Shown piece by piece: positions 17,777-26,399 of a stretch of DNA of 32,000 bases. Both the position numbers and the translations under genes were made by a program. The stretch spans positions 897,329-929,328 of the forward strand of contig CAZKBG010000001.1 in assembly GCA_964551375.1 (NCBI GenBank). The letters are read 5' to 3'. Position 1 is the stretch's first letter, and each line of letters starts with the position of its first letter. The DNA comes from an uncultured archaeon. GTDB taxonomy: Archaea > Iainarchaeota > Iainarchaeia > Iainarchaeales > JAAZKV01. A model generated the notes under the pieces. The model was not told the DNA's origin. It did not search any database and saw only the letters and a program-made list of their open reading frames with translations.

Positions 17777-19246
17777 ATGGTAAATGTAAAAAAAGTCGCT
17801 CCGTTTTCTTTTGAAGTTGAAAAAGAAGGCGAAATGAGAATTCCTGCCAAAATTTATGCAAGCGATGAACAGGTTGAGGTGCTGAGAGCGGACCAAAATA
17901 AAAGGCCTGATTCAAATTCATTAAAACAACTTGCTGACACATGCACACTTGCTGGTTTAGTGGGAGTAGTTTCGCTGGCTGATATTCATGTAGGATACGG
18001 AACGCCAATTGGGACAACCACTGCAAGCGATGTAAAAGAAGGGGTAATTACATTTGCCGCAACAGGATTTGACATAAACTGCGGAGTTCACTCAATTGTT
18101 GTTCCATTAACTGCAAAAGAAGTCGGGGAGAAAAAGAAAGAACTTGCGGAGCAGTTATTCAAAGATGTTCCTGCGGGACTTGGAATACGCGGGAAATTAA
18201 TTTTAAAGAAAACTGAAATGGATGAAGTTTTAGAAACAGGAGCGAAATTTGCGGTTAAGAAAGGATTTGGCTCAAAAAAAGATTTAAAATTTTTGGAAGA
18301 AGAAGGATGCGTTAAAGGCGCTGACTTGAGTGCAGTGACTGACAAGGCAAAAGAAAGAGCGCTTGACCAGATTGGAACGCTTGGAAGCGGAAATCATTAC
18401 TGTGAAGTTCAGGAGATTGAAAAAGTATTTGATGATAGTGCGGCGAAGGCATTCGGACTTAATGAAGGCGGAGTAATGGTAAGCATACACTGCGGTTCAA
18501 GAGCGCTTGGACACCAAATAGGAACTGATTATTTATCTATACTTGACAGCGCAGTAAAAAAATACAGCATTAAAATTCCGCAGAGGGATTTAGTATGCGC
18601 GCCGTTTAACAGCGAAGAAGGGCAGAAGTACTTTGGAGCAATAAATGCGGGAAGCAATGCTGCATTTATGAATAGATTTGTAATTGGAGCGCTTGTAAAA
18701 AGAAGTTTTGCAAAAGTATTTGAAATAAGCGAAGACGATTCAAAAACATTTTATGATGTGGGGCACAACACTGCCAAAATAGAAACTCATAATGTTGGAC
18801 AATATTTAGATGGCGGGGGAAATAAAAAGCAAAAAGTCCTCATTCAGCGAAAAGGCTCCACAAGAGGATTTGGGCCTGGCAATTTGGCAGTTCCATTAAA
18901 GTACAGAAAAATCGGACAGCCTGTAATGGCCGGCGGTTCAATGGGGACTCATTCATTTATCTTAAAAGGGACTAATGCTGCAATGGACAAGACTTTTGGC
19001 TCAACCATCCACGGGGCGGGGCGAAGCATGTCAAGAACTGCGGCTCTAGAAAAATGGTCTGGGGAAGATTTGCTTTTGGAACTTGCAAAAAAAGGAATTA
19101 TTGTTAAAGCAAGGTCCACTAAAGGCTTGCCTGAAGAAGCTCCAAATGCGTACAAGGACATAAACTCGGTTGTTGAAGTAATGCACAAAACTAATATTTC
19201 AAAAAAAGTCGCAAGATTAAAACCAATGATTTGCATAAAAGGCTGA
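17777..19246 (+). CDS. rtcB: RtcB-family RNA-splicing ligase
   Basis: GFDINCGV, GTLGSGNHYCEVQ, HCGSRALGHQ, DVGHNTAKIE, RKGSTRGFGPGN, HGAGRSMSR. The tracked ORF opens at GTG 17768, with ATG 17777 (MVNVKKVAPF) likely. Confidence 0.95.
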   Translation: MVNVKKVAPFSFEVEKEGEMRIPAKIYASDEQVEVLRADQNKRPDSNSLKQLADTCTLAGLVGVVSLADIHVGYGTPIGTTTASDVKEGVITFAATGFDINCGVHSIVVPLTAKEVGEKKKELAEQLFKDVPAGLGIRGKLILKKTEMDEVLETGAKFAVKKGFGSKKDLKFLEEEGCVKGADLSAVTDKAKERALDQIGTLGSGNHYCEVQEIEKVFDDSAAKAFGLNEGGVMVSIHCGSRALGHQIGTDYLSILDSAVKKYSIKIPQRDLVCAPFNSEEGQKYFGAINAGSNAAFMNRFVIGALVKRSFAKVFEISEDDSKTFYDVGHNTAKIETHNVGQYLDGGGNKKQKVLIQRKGSTRGFGPGNLAVPLKYRKIGQPVMAGGSMGTHSFILKGTNAAMDKTFGSTIHGAGRSMSRTAALEKWSGEDLLLELAKKGIIVKARSTKGLPEEAPNAYKDINSVVEVMHKTNISKKVARLKPMICIKG

Positions 19247-19334
19247 TTTTATTTTTTTATTCTGATTTTTTAAGCCAAAATGCTTTTGCCGAAGCAAATA
19301 GATAACAATTAAATATAAAAAACTGCTAATATTA

Positions 19335-20351
19335 ATGAGGGATGGGATGGAACTTGATTACGGCAAAATACTTGAATTTGGACTTTTTGGCTGGATGAAG
19401 CAGGAAGGAGTTTGGAAATACATCCTTGGGTATTTTATTTACTTAACAGCAGTGCTTGTGGCAACATCATATGTAATGTACTCAGTTCTAAAGCCGTTCA
19501 TAACTTTTGAAGCGACTTCTAATCTTGCCGCGCTGAATTCAATTGTATATTTAGCTATTTTTTTATTAGTGCTAACAATAGTTTCACTCATAATTCAATC
19601 AGCATTTTCTTACCTTTTCATTGCAAAAGCATTGAATTCAAGAGGCAGAAAATTTGTTGAATTTGATTTATTGAGGTGGGCGAGATTTGTTGTTTTTGAA
19701 ATCGCAACATTCTTTTCAGTTCTATTTTCAATATTCAATCTAAAACTTCTTTTGGTTGGAATTGCATCAATAGTCTGCATTGGAATAGGGCTATTGAGCA
19801 TATTTTTGTCATCATTTGGCGGGAATTACTCTCTGGGAGTAATAATATTTGCTCTATTTTTTATTCTTGGATTATTGCTTGGATTAGCATATCTTGCAAT
19901 ATTGATTTACAATGCAATAAAACTTTCAATGGGCGCGGTTTCGTTTGTTGAAAGCGAAAAAAACATAATGGATGCGTTAAAAGATTCGTGGGAAATGACT
20001 GCGGGAAGCACGCTAAACATTTTTATAGGGCTGTTTTTGATTGGGCTTATTGTTGGCATAATAGTGGGAATAGGGATGATTCCTTCAATGGCGTATAATT
20101 TTGCGATAAGCTTTACAAATCCCGGGGCTGCCGGCGCAATTGGGTACATGATTGACCCGATTTATCTTTTGCTGTCAATTCCATATTTAGTGCTGCAGGC
20201 AGTTGGCTCAATAATGACTTACTTTGGGGCGATTGAAATTTATTCCCAGCTAAAAGGGGCAAATAAAGGGGCTAGCGCTGTATCTTTGGGCTCAAATGCC
20301 TCTAAAACTATAGTTAAACGGAGCTTTGCAGGGAAAAAGAAACTAAAGTAA
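19335..20351 (+). CDS. Multi-pass membrane protein of unknown function
   Basis: 338 aa with about six or more hydrophobic segments. The start may be the ATG at 19347 (MELDYGKILEFGLFGWMK). Confidence 0.75.
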   Translation: MRDGMELDYGKILEFGLFGWMKQEGVWKYILGYFIYLTAVLVATSYVMYSVLKPFITFEATSNLAALNSIVYLAIFLLVLTIVSLIIQSAFSYLFIAKALNSRGRKFVEFDLLRWARFVVFEIATFFSVLFSIFNLKLLLVGIASIVCIGIGLLSIFLSSFGGNYSLGVIIFALFFILGLLLGLAYLAILIYNAIKLSMGAVSFVESEKNIMDALKDSWEMTAGSTLNIFIGLFLIGLIVGIIVGIGMIPSMAYNFAISFTNPGAAGAIGYMIDPIYLLLSIPYLVLQAVGSIMTYFGAIEIYSQLKGANKGASAVSLGSNASKTIVKRSFAGKKKLK

Positions 20352-20359
20352 TCTTAGTG

Positions 20360-20389
20360 TGCTCTTTGGCAAATAAAGCCAAAAGCACT
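20360..20389 (+). terminator. Stem-loop GTGC-TC-TTTGGC-AAATAAA-GCCAAA-A-GCAC
   Basis: Two-part stem (4 + 6 bp) just after the membrane protein stop. Confidence 0.4.
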
Positions 20390-20498
20390 CATTTAACTTC
20401 TTCCAGTTAATAAGCGAAAAGTATATATATTCCTTTCTCGCAACATATATATTGGCACGCCAATTTTTTAGATGCGCGCCATAAGGTGGGTTGGTTAA

Positions 20499-22439
20499 AT
20501 GAATAAATTACTTGGGATAACACTGGTTGCTTTGGCATTTTTAATGCTGAGCATAAACGCATTTGCATGCAATATCTCATTAACAAACTTTTCAACAGAA
20601 CTAAGGCCAGAAAACACTGACTCATACTACTCAAGCATCTCAACAGCAAAGAATAATGACATTGATATTAAACTTGAATTTGAAGTAGATTCACATTCAG
20701 GAACTGACTGCCCGACAAACATCGGGGCGCAGGCAAAAATTTACAGATATAACTCAAACAACTCTACTTGGGAAAATTTTAGAACAACAAGCCTAAAAAC
20801 ACAGGAACTTTCAAATGACTCGTACATTTTTGTATGGAGCAACGAATTCAATACAGGAAATAGCTCAACTTACACAAGATATAGAGTGGACGGATTAATA
20901 TTCAACTCTTCAACACAGCTTGACAAAATGGAAGCATACGCTGATGTAATTGACAATTCATGCTCGGGGATTAGACTAACAACTTCAACACTAACTGTGG
21001 ATGAAGGAAGAACAGGCTCAAAAGTATTCACAATTGAAAACAACACAGATTATGACTTCACAATAGACAACGCAAGAGCATACTTTTCAAATTCGCTAAT
21101 TAGAAACGGAAGAGTTGATTATGACTCAACAGTTCCAAGCAGATCAACAAGAAGCATAACTGTTTCAGTTGATGTGGGGACAGTTTCTTCAACTTCAACA
21201 ACTACTGGAACGCTTGCGGTAAACGGAAGACTAAACTCAAATTCCTGCTCTGAATCAGATGTTGGAACAAGACTATTTGATATAACTGTGAGAGATACAG
21301 GGACAAATACAACAACAGATTATTACGACGACTATTATTACAATTCAACAAGCTCGGACTGCGATGATATAAGACTTGAATCAAAAACAATTTATGCAGA
21401 CGAATCATCAAACGAGAAAGTAACATTTGCGCTGCAAAATTTATCAACAAAAAGATTTGAGATACTTGAAATATCAACAACATCAAACGGGCTGATAGCA
21501 GCTCCTTATATGAACGACCAGTATATTTTCCCAGGACAAGTTGGAAATGTAATACTAAACTTAACAACACCAAACGTAACAAGCGAAAGAGCATACAATA
21601 ATTATGTGAAAGTAAGAGGAAAATTCGCTGACGGAAGAACATGCGAATTTAGAGACATAAATTCAATATACACAGTAAATGTGCTAAATCAAAGCGACTA
21701 TGTTGAAACAGACTGCAGAGGACTAAACATCTCAGCCCCAAACGCATACAATATTGAAAACTTTGGCACAATGCAGTTCTCAATACAAAATATGACAAAC
21801 AAAATTGCAACAATCTTTGTTGAAGGGACAGTGGATGCCACTCCAACAGTAATAACACTGCCAAGCGGCTCAACTATTGCAAGAGAATTAACAATCTCAA
21901 TGAGCGCGCCAAGCGGACAATTAAATTTTAGGCCAATTGTTGACGGGTGCTCGCTTCCATCAAAATTTGTTGCACTGACAAACAGCGCTAAAGGGGAAGT
22001 AAAAAGCGTAAAAATGACTGCAACAACTGAATTTGACAAAAACAGCGGAAATACAATCCTTACAGTTGAACTAAACAATCCGACTTCAAAAGAATTTAAC
22101 GGAACGCTTGAAATAAGCGCAGCAGGATTTAAGGACATAAAACAAAGCATCAGCCTTTCTCCTGGAGTAAATCATTCAACGCTTGTTCTTGAGCCGACAG
22201 GAACAGCCGCAAGCGGCAAAGGAAAAGCAACCTTTTACTTTGAAGGACAGAAAATTGAAACAGAATTTAATACAGGCCAAACAAACTCGCTTGCAGGATT
22301 ATTTGCATTCGGAGCAGGAAATATGACAATCGGAATAGTTCTAATAGTGATAATTGCGGTAATAGTATTAGTTGGAATTGTCTCAGGAAGAGGAAATATA
22401 AAAGTTGAAAGAGACAACAGCCAAAAATGGACAAAATAA
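20499..22439 (+). CDS. Secreted cell-surface protein with tandem Ig-like/CARDB-like domains and C-terminal TM anchor
   Basis: Signal peptide MNKLLGITLVALAFLMLSINAFA. Repeated beta-sandwich-like modules start C(S/D/R)x(I/L) and end with Cys. C-terminal MTIGIVLIVIIAVIVLVGIVSGRGNIKVERD. Confidence 0.85.
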   Translation: MNKLLGITLVALAFLMLSINAFACNISLTNFSTELRPENTDSYYSSISTAKNNDIDIKLEFEVDSHSGTDCPTNIGAQAKIYRYNSNNSTWENFRTTSLKTQELSNDSYIFVWSNEFNTGNSSTYTRYRVDGLIFNSSTQLDKMEAYADVIDNSCSGIRLTTSTLTVDEGRTGSKVFTIENNTDYDFTIDNARAYFSNSLIRNGRVDYDSTVPSRSTRSITVSVDVGTVSSTSTTTGTLAVNGRLNSNSCSESDVGTRLFDITVRDTGTNTTTDYYDDYYYNSTSSDCDDIRLESKTIYADESSNEKVTFALQNLSTKRFEILEISTTSNGLIAAPYMNDQYIFPGQVGNVILNLTTPNVTSERAYNNYVKVRGKFADGRTCEFRDINSIYTVNVLNQSDYVETDCRGLNISAPNAYNIENFGTMQFSIQNMTNKIATIFVEGTVDATPTVITLPSGSTIARELTISMSAPSGQLNFRPIVDGCSLPSKFVALTNSAKGEVKSVKMTATTEFDKNSGNTILTVELNNPTSKEFNGTLEISAAGFKDIKQSISLSPGVNHSTLVLEPTGTAASGKGKATFYFEGQKIETEFNTGQTNSLAGLFAFGAGNMTIGIVLIVIIAVIVLVGIVSGRGNIKVERDNSQKWTK

Positions 22440-22560
22440 ATAAGCCATAAGCTCGGGCAAAACAAAGTTTTTACGACGCAAATTTGGCAAACCTTCACAG
22501 CAGGTTTATAAAGGTTTAGCTGGGAAAATACATTATAGTTTGAGTACACTGCTCTATAAA

Positions 22561-22571
22561 AGTTGGTGAGC
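22561..22571 (+). repeat. AGTTGGTGAGC element upstream of rpl3 (second copy in rps12 leader)
   Basis: Exact match to 4283-4293. Confidence 0.6.
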
Positions 22572-22586
22572 TTTTTTAGGGTAAAT

Positions 22587-22660
22587 ACCAAAAAACACTG
22601 TTTTTTGGTTCAAAAATCTCCAAAAGAAAGAGGTTTTTGCCACAAGCGCTAGGTAGGCGC
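22587..22660 (+). promoter_or_regulatory. Multi-hairpin region upstream of rpl3 (candidate structured mRNA leader)
   Basis: ACCAAAAAAC-ACT-GTTTTTTGGT (22587-22609, 10 bp perfect); AAAAATCTC...GAGGTTTTT (22612-22638, 9 bp with one G.U); GCGCT-AGGTA-GGCGC (22646-22660). Confidence 0.5.
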
Positions 22661-22696
22661 CCAGTTACTCTGACATAAAACGAAAAATGTGATATA

Positions 22697-23704
22697 ATGT
22701 CGGAATACAACGCTCCAAGACGAGGATCATTGTCTTACTATCCAAGAGTAAGGTCAAAAAAAGAAACTCCAAGCCTAAAAGGTTATGGAACAGAAAACAA
22801 GCCTCTTAATTTTTTAGCTTATAAAGTTGGAATGGTGCAGGTAATGGGAAAAAACGTGCACAAAGCAAGCCCAACATTCAACCACGAAGTTGTGGCGCCA
22901 GCAACAGTAATCGAATGCCCTCCATTAAAAGTATTTGGAGTAAGAGCATATGCTAAAGCAGAAATCGGATACGCTGCATTAAGCGATGTAATTAGCGAAC
23001 ACGTTGACAAAGAGTTAAAGAGAACTATTTTAAATTTTAAAGAAAAATCACAAGGCGCAGACAAGAAAGAAGCAAAGCCTGCAAAGAAGGATGATATTTA
23101 CACAATGGCTGATTTTGAAAAAGAATTAGCTGACATAGAATACTTCACACTACTTGTTCACACACAGCCAAAATTCAAGAAAACTCCTGAAGTAAGCGAA
23201 GTTTTCCTTGGCGGAACAAAAGAACAGCAGTTGGCAGTTGCAAAAGAAAAATTAGGAAAAGAAGTAGCAATTGATGAAGTGTTCAAAGAAAATGAATTTT
23301 TAGACGTTAGGGCTGTAACCAAGGGAAAAGGATTCCAAGGCGCAGTAAAAAGATTTGGTGTAAGAACATTTAGACCAAAGCACAAAAAGCAGAGAGTTGT
23401 TGGATCAATCGGACCATGGCACCCTGCGACAGTAATGTTCACAGTTGCAAGACCCGGACAAATGGGATACCACAATAGAACTGAATCAAACAAGAAGCTA
23501 ATTAAAATTTCTAAAACAGCAACAGACGTAAATCCAAAAGGCGGATTCAAAAATTACGGGCTTGTTGAAGCAAATTACGCATTAATCTTCGGATCAATTC
23601 CGGGGCCAGTAAAAAGATGCGTTGCATTAAGAAAATCACTAAGACCAGCACAGCAGAAGGGAGTTCAGCTTGCAGCGGTAGAAAAAATAATTGCGAACAA
23701 TTAA
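22697..23704 (+). CDS. rpl3: Ribosomal protein L3 (uL3)
   Basis: RRGSLSYYPRVRSKKETP..., FLAYKVGMVQVM, TKGKGFQGAVKRFGVR, GSIGPWHPATVMFTVARPGQMGYHNRTE. Confidence 0.96.
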   Translation: MSEYNAPRRGSLSYYPRVRSKKETPSLKGYGTENKPLNFLAYKVGMVQVMGKNVHKASPTFNHEVVAPATVIECPPLKVFGVRAYAKAEIGYAALSDVISEHVDKELKRTILNFKEKSQGADKKEAKPAKKDDIYTMADFEKELADIEYFTLLVHTQPKFKKTPEVSEVFLGGTKEQQLAVAKEKLGKEVAIDEVFKENEFLDVRAVTKGKGFQGAVKRFGVRTFRPKHKKQRVVGSIGPWHPATVMFTVARPGQMGYHNRTESNKKLIKISKTATDVNPKGGFKNYGLVEANYALIFGSIPGPVKRCVALRKSLRPAQQKGVQLAAVEKIIANN

Positions 23705-23731
23705 ATTTGATATTTGAAAGGTTGATTTTGG

Positions 23732-24691
23732 ATGAAAGCAAATATTATTGGAATTGACGGAACTAGCAAGGGAAGCATAGACTTGCCAAAAGTATTTGAA
23801 ACAGAATACAAGCCAAGACTAATCAAAAGAGCAGCGCAGGCAATACAAACTGCAAAGAAACAGCCAAAGGGAGCAGATCCTAGAGCTGGAAAAAAGAACA
23901 CATCTACTTACATGGGTTATCGTGGAGTACCAGCTCCAAGAAGAACAATTAACGTTGAACACGCAAGACTTCCAAGACTAAAAAATAGAGGAGCTCTATT
24001 ATACGGAAGAGTTGCCTGGGTTCCGCAGTCTGTTGGCGGAATAGCAGCGCACCCATTAAAAGCATGGGAAACAATAGAAGAAAGAATCAACAAAAAAGAA
24101 AAGAAACAGGCACTAAAGAGCGCAATCGCAGCAACAACAATGAAAGAAATTGTTTCACAGAGATTTATAGTTGAGAAAGAACTCCCAATAGTTGCAGAAG
24201 ACAAGCTTGAAGAAGTAGCAAAAACAAGCGAAGTACTTGAAGCATTAAACAAAATCGGCGTAGGAAAAGATCTTGAAAACGCGAGAGGAAAAATAAGACA
24301 CAGAGCGGGAAGAGGAAAATCAAGAGGAAGAATCTGGAAAGAAAAGAAAAGTGTTTTAATTGTTGCAGGAAAAAATTCTCCTGTTTTAAAAGCATCAAGA
24401 AACTTGCCAGGCGTAGAAGCAGTAACAGCGCAGTCACTAAACGTTGACTTATTGGCTCCAGGCGCAGAAGCAGGAAGACTTGTTGTTTGGACAAAGAGCG
24501 CAATAGAAGAACTTGGAAAAGAAAAAGTTCACGAAATAAAGCAGGTAAGAGAAACTAAAGCTGAAAAGAAAGCAGCAGAAGCAAAGAAAGATGTTAAAGC
24601 TGAAGCTAAAGCTGATGCAAAGAAAGAAGCTAAAGTTGAAGCAAAGAAAGAAGCGGCAAAAGAAGTTAAGGCAAAGTCTGTGAAGAAGTAA
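23732..24691 (+). CDS. rpl4: Ribosomal protein L4 (uL4) with ~45-aa KAE-rich C-terminal tail
   Basis: LPKVFETEYKPRLIKRAAQAIQTAKKQPKGADPRAGKKNT. The tail KAEKKAAEAKKDVKAEAKADAKKEAKVEAKKEAAKEVKAKSVKK is low-complexity. Confidence 0.95.
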   Translation: MKANIIGIDGTSKGSIDLPKVFETEYKPRLIKRAAQAIQTAKKQPKGADPRAGKKNTSTYMGYRGVPAPRRTINVEHARLPRLKNRGALLYGRVAWVPQSVGGIAAHPLKAWETIEERINKKEKKQALKSAIAATTMKEIVSQRFIVEKELPIVAEDKLEEVAKTSEVLEALNKIGVGKDLENARGKIRHRAGRGKSRGRIWKEKKSVLIVAGKNSPVLKASRNLPGVEAVTAQSLNVDLLAPGAEAGRLVVWTKSAIEELGKEKVHEIKQVRETKAEKKAAEAKKDVKAEAKADAKKEAKVEAKKEAAKEVKAKSVKK

Positions 24692-24712
24692 AATGATATT
24701 TAGTGATGATTT

Positions 24713-25144
24713 ATGGTAAAATTGACTGACGCAGAAAAGAAACAGGCAGTTGTAGAAAAAACTCCTCACGAAGCGCATGAACACGAATCAAAGATTAGCG
24801 AAGCTAAGCCAAAAGAAGCTAAAGCTGAGAAGAAAGAAGCTAAGGCAAAGACTGAAGAAAAAGCATTAAAATCAACAGCAACACTTCACGATTTAGAAGT
24901 ATTGCTTTACCCGTTAGTAACAGAAAAAGCAGTTAACATGATAGAAGCGGAAAACAAGATTACATTTGTAGTAAATGACAACACAAACAAAACAGAAATA
25001 AGAAAAGTATTGCAGGAAGCATACGGCGTGAAAGTTGAGAAGATTAATGTTGTTAGAGACATGAAAGGAAGAAAGAAAGCAATCATAAGACTTGACAAGA
25101 AATTCAAAGCAAGCGAACTTGCAACAAAGCTTGGAGTGCTGTAA
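24713..25144 (+). CDS. rpl23: Ribosomal protein L23 (uL23) with ~55-aa KAE-rich N-terminal extension
   Basis: The core LLYPLVTEKAVNMIEAENKITFVVNDNTNKTEIRKVLQEAYGVKVEKINVVRDMKGRKKAIIRL identifies uL23. Confidence 0.94.
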   Translation: MVKLTDAEKKQAVVEKTPHEAHEHESKISEAKPKEAKAEKKEAKAKTEEKALKSTATLHDLEVLLYPLVTEKAVNMIEAENKITFVVNDNTNKTEIRKVLQEAYGVKVEKINVVRDMKGRKKAIIRLDKKFKASELATKLGVL

Positions 25145-25177
25145 AATTTATAATTTAAATTTGAAAAGTGATAAAAA

Positions 25178-25891
25178 ATGGGAAAACGATTAATCTCACA
25201 GAGAAGCGGAAAAGGAAGCCATACATTCAAGGCAAAGCACAAAGGAATTGAAGCTAAATACATTATCCAGCAGTCTGACGAAATGATGAAAGGCGAAGTG
25301 TCGGATTTAATAAAAGAAAACGGAAGACACGCAATAATTGCAGAAATTACATTTGTAAACGGGGCAAAAGAATACCTTCCAGCAGCAGAAGGATTAGCTC
25401 TTGGAAAGAAAATCCAGCAGGGAAAAGGAATAGACATTGAAGTAGGAAACGTATCTTACTTAGGCGACTTGCCTGAAGGATGCCCAGTATTTAATATTGA
25501 AAAAATTGCAGGAGACGGAGGAACACTTGTAAAATCAAGCGGAACTTACGCCCTATTAATGGCAAAAGACAGCAAGAAAGTAACAGTAAAAATGCCTTCA
25601 GGCGCAATGCTGACTTTCCCTCTAAACGTAAGAGCAACAGTGGGAAACATCTCATGCGGCGGAAGAGAAGACAAGCCTTTAGTAAAAGCAGGAAACAATT
25701 ATCATTTATTCAAATCAAAGAGAAAGATGTATCCTAGAGTTAGAGGGGTAAAGATGAACGCGGTAGACCACCCATTCGGTGGAGCTTCACACAAGCCCGG
25801 AAAATCGAAGAGCACATCAAGAAACGCGCCACCAGGAAGAAAAGTTGGTGCAATCGCTTCTTCAAGAACAGGAAGGAGGAAGAAGAACTAA
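25178..25891 (+). CDS. rpl2: Ribosomal protein L2 (uL2)
   Basis: MGKRLISQRSGKGSHTFKAKH..., NAVDHPFGGASHKPGKSKSTSRNAPPGRKVGAIASSRTG. Confidence 0.97.
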   Translation: MGKRLISQRSGKGSHTFKAKHKGIEAKYIIQQSDEMMKGEVSDLIKENGRHAIIAEITFVNGAKEYLPAAEGLALGKKIQQGKGIDIEVGNVSYLGDLPEGCPVFNIEKIAGDGGTLVKSSGTYALLMAKDSKKVTVKMPSGAMLTFPLNVRATVGNISCGGREDKPLVKAGNNYHLFKSKRKMYPRVRGVKMNAVDHPFGGASHKPGKSKSTSRNAPPGRKVGAIASSRTGRRKKN

Positions 25892-25968
25892 AGTTGAAGA
25901 ACTCTTTGCAAATGCAAAGAGTATTTTTAATTTTTGGTTTTTTTTTTACATTTAGCAGGTGAAGAAAA

Positions 25969-26370
25969 ATGGCAGCAATAACAAAAGAATTGACATTTAG
26001 AGGAAAGAAGCTTCCTGAGCTTCAAGCGCTAAGCGTTGCAGAATTCGCAAAGCTATGCACTTCAAGAGCAAGAAAATCACTGCTAAAAAACGGCGTGAAC
26101 AAGAAGATGCTAAAAAAAGTTGAAGCATTCAAGAAAAACCCAAAAGCAAAAGCAATTAGAACACACAGAAGAGACTGGGTAATAGTGCCAGCAATGATAG
26201 GCGCAAAATTCGCAGTGCACAAAGGAAAAGAATTTGAAAGCATCGAAATTACAGTTAAAATGTTAGGACATTACTTAGGAGAATTTGCATTAACAAGAAA
26301 GAAATTACAGCACGGAAAAGCAGGAATCGGAGCAACAAAGAGCTCGACTGCAGTAACCGCAAGAGGATAA
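25969..26370 (+). CDS. rps19: Ribosomal protein S19 (uS19)
   Basis: RTHRRDWVIVPAMIGAKFAVHKGKEFESIEITVKMLGHYLGEFALTRK. Confidence 0.95.
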   Translation: MAAITKELTFRGKKLPELQALSVAEFAKLCTSRARKSLLKNGVNKKMLKKVEAFKKNPKAKAIRTHRRDWVIVPAMIGAKFAVHKGKEFESIEITVKMLGHYLGEFALTRKKLQHGKAGIGATKSSTAVTARG

Positions 26371-26399
26371 AATTAGGATAAAATTTATTGGTGAAGAAA

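Noticed and set aside
20407-22591. Minus-strand ORFs opposite the Ig-like surface protein (for example 21202-21642, 21698-22150, 22235-22591)
   Set aside because: The surface protein frame has a signal peptide, repeated domains and a TM anchor. The antisense ORFs have no such logic.
22600-22640. GGTTCAAAAATCTCC resembling a tRNA T-arm
   Set aside because: The GGTTC is the 3' arm of a perfect hairpin with ACCAAAAAAC. No acceptor, D or anticodon arms fit around it.
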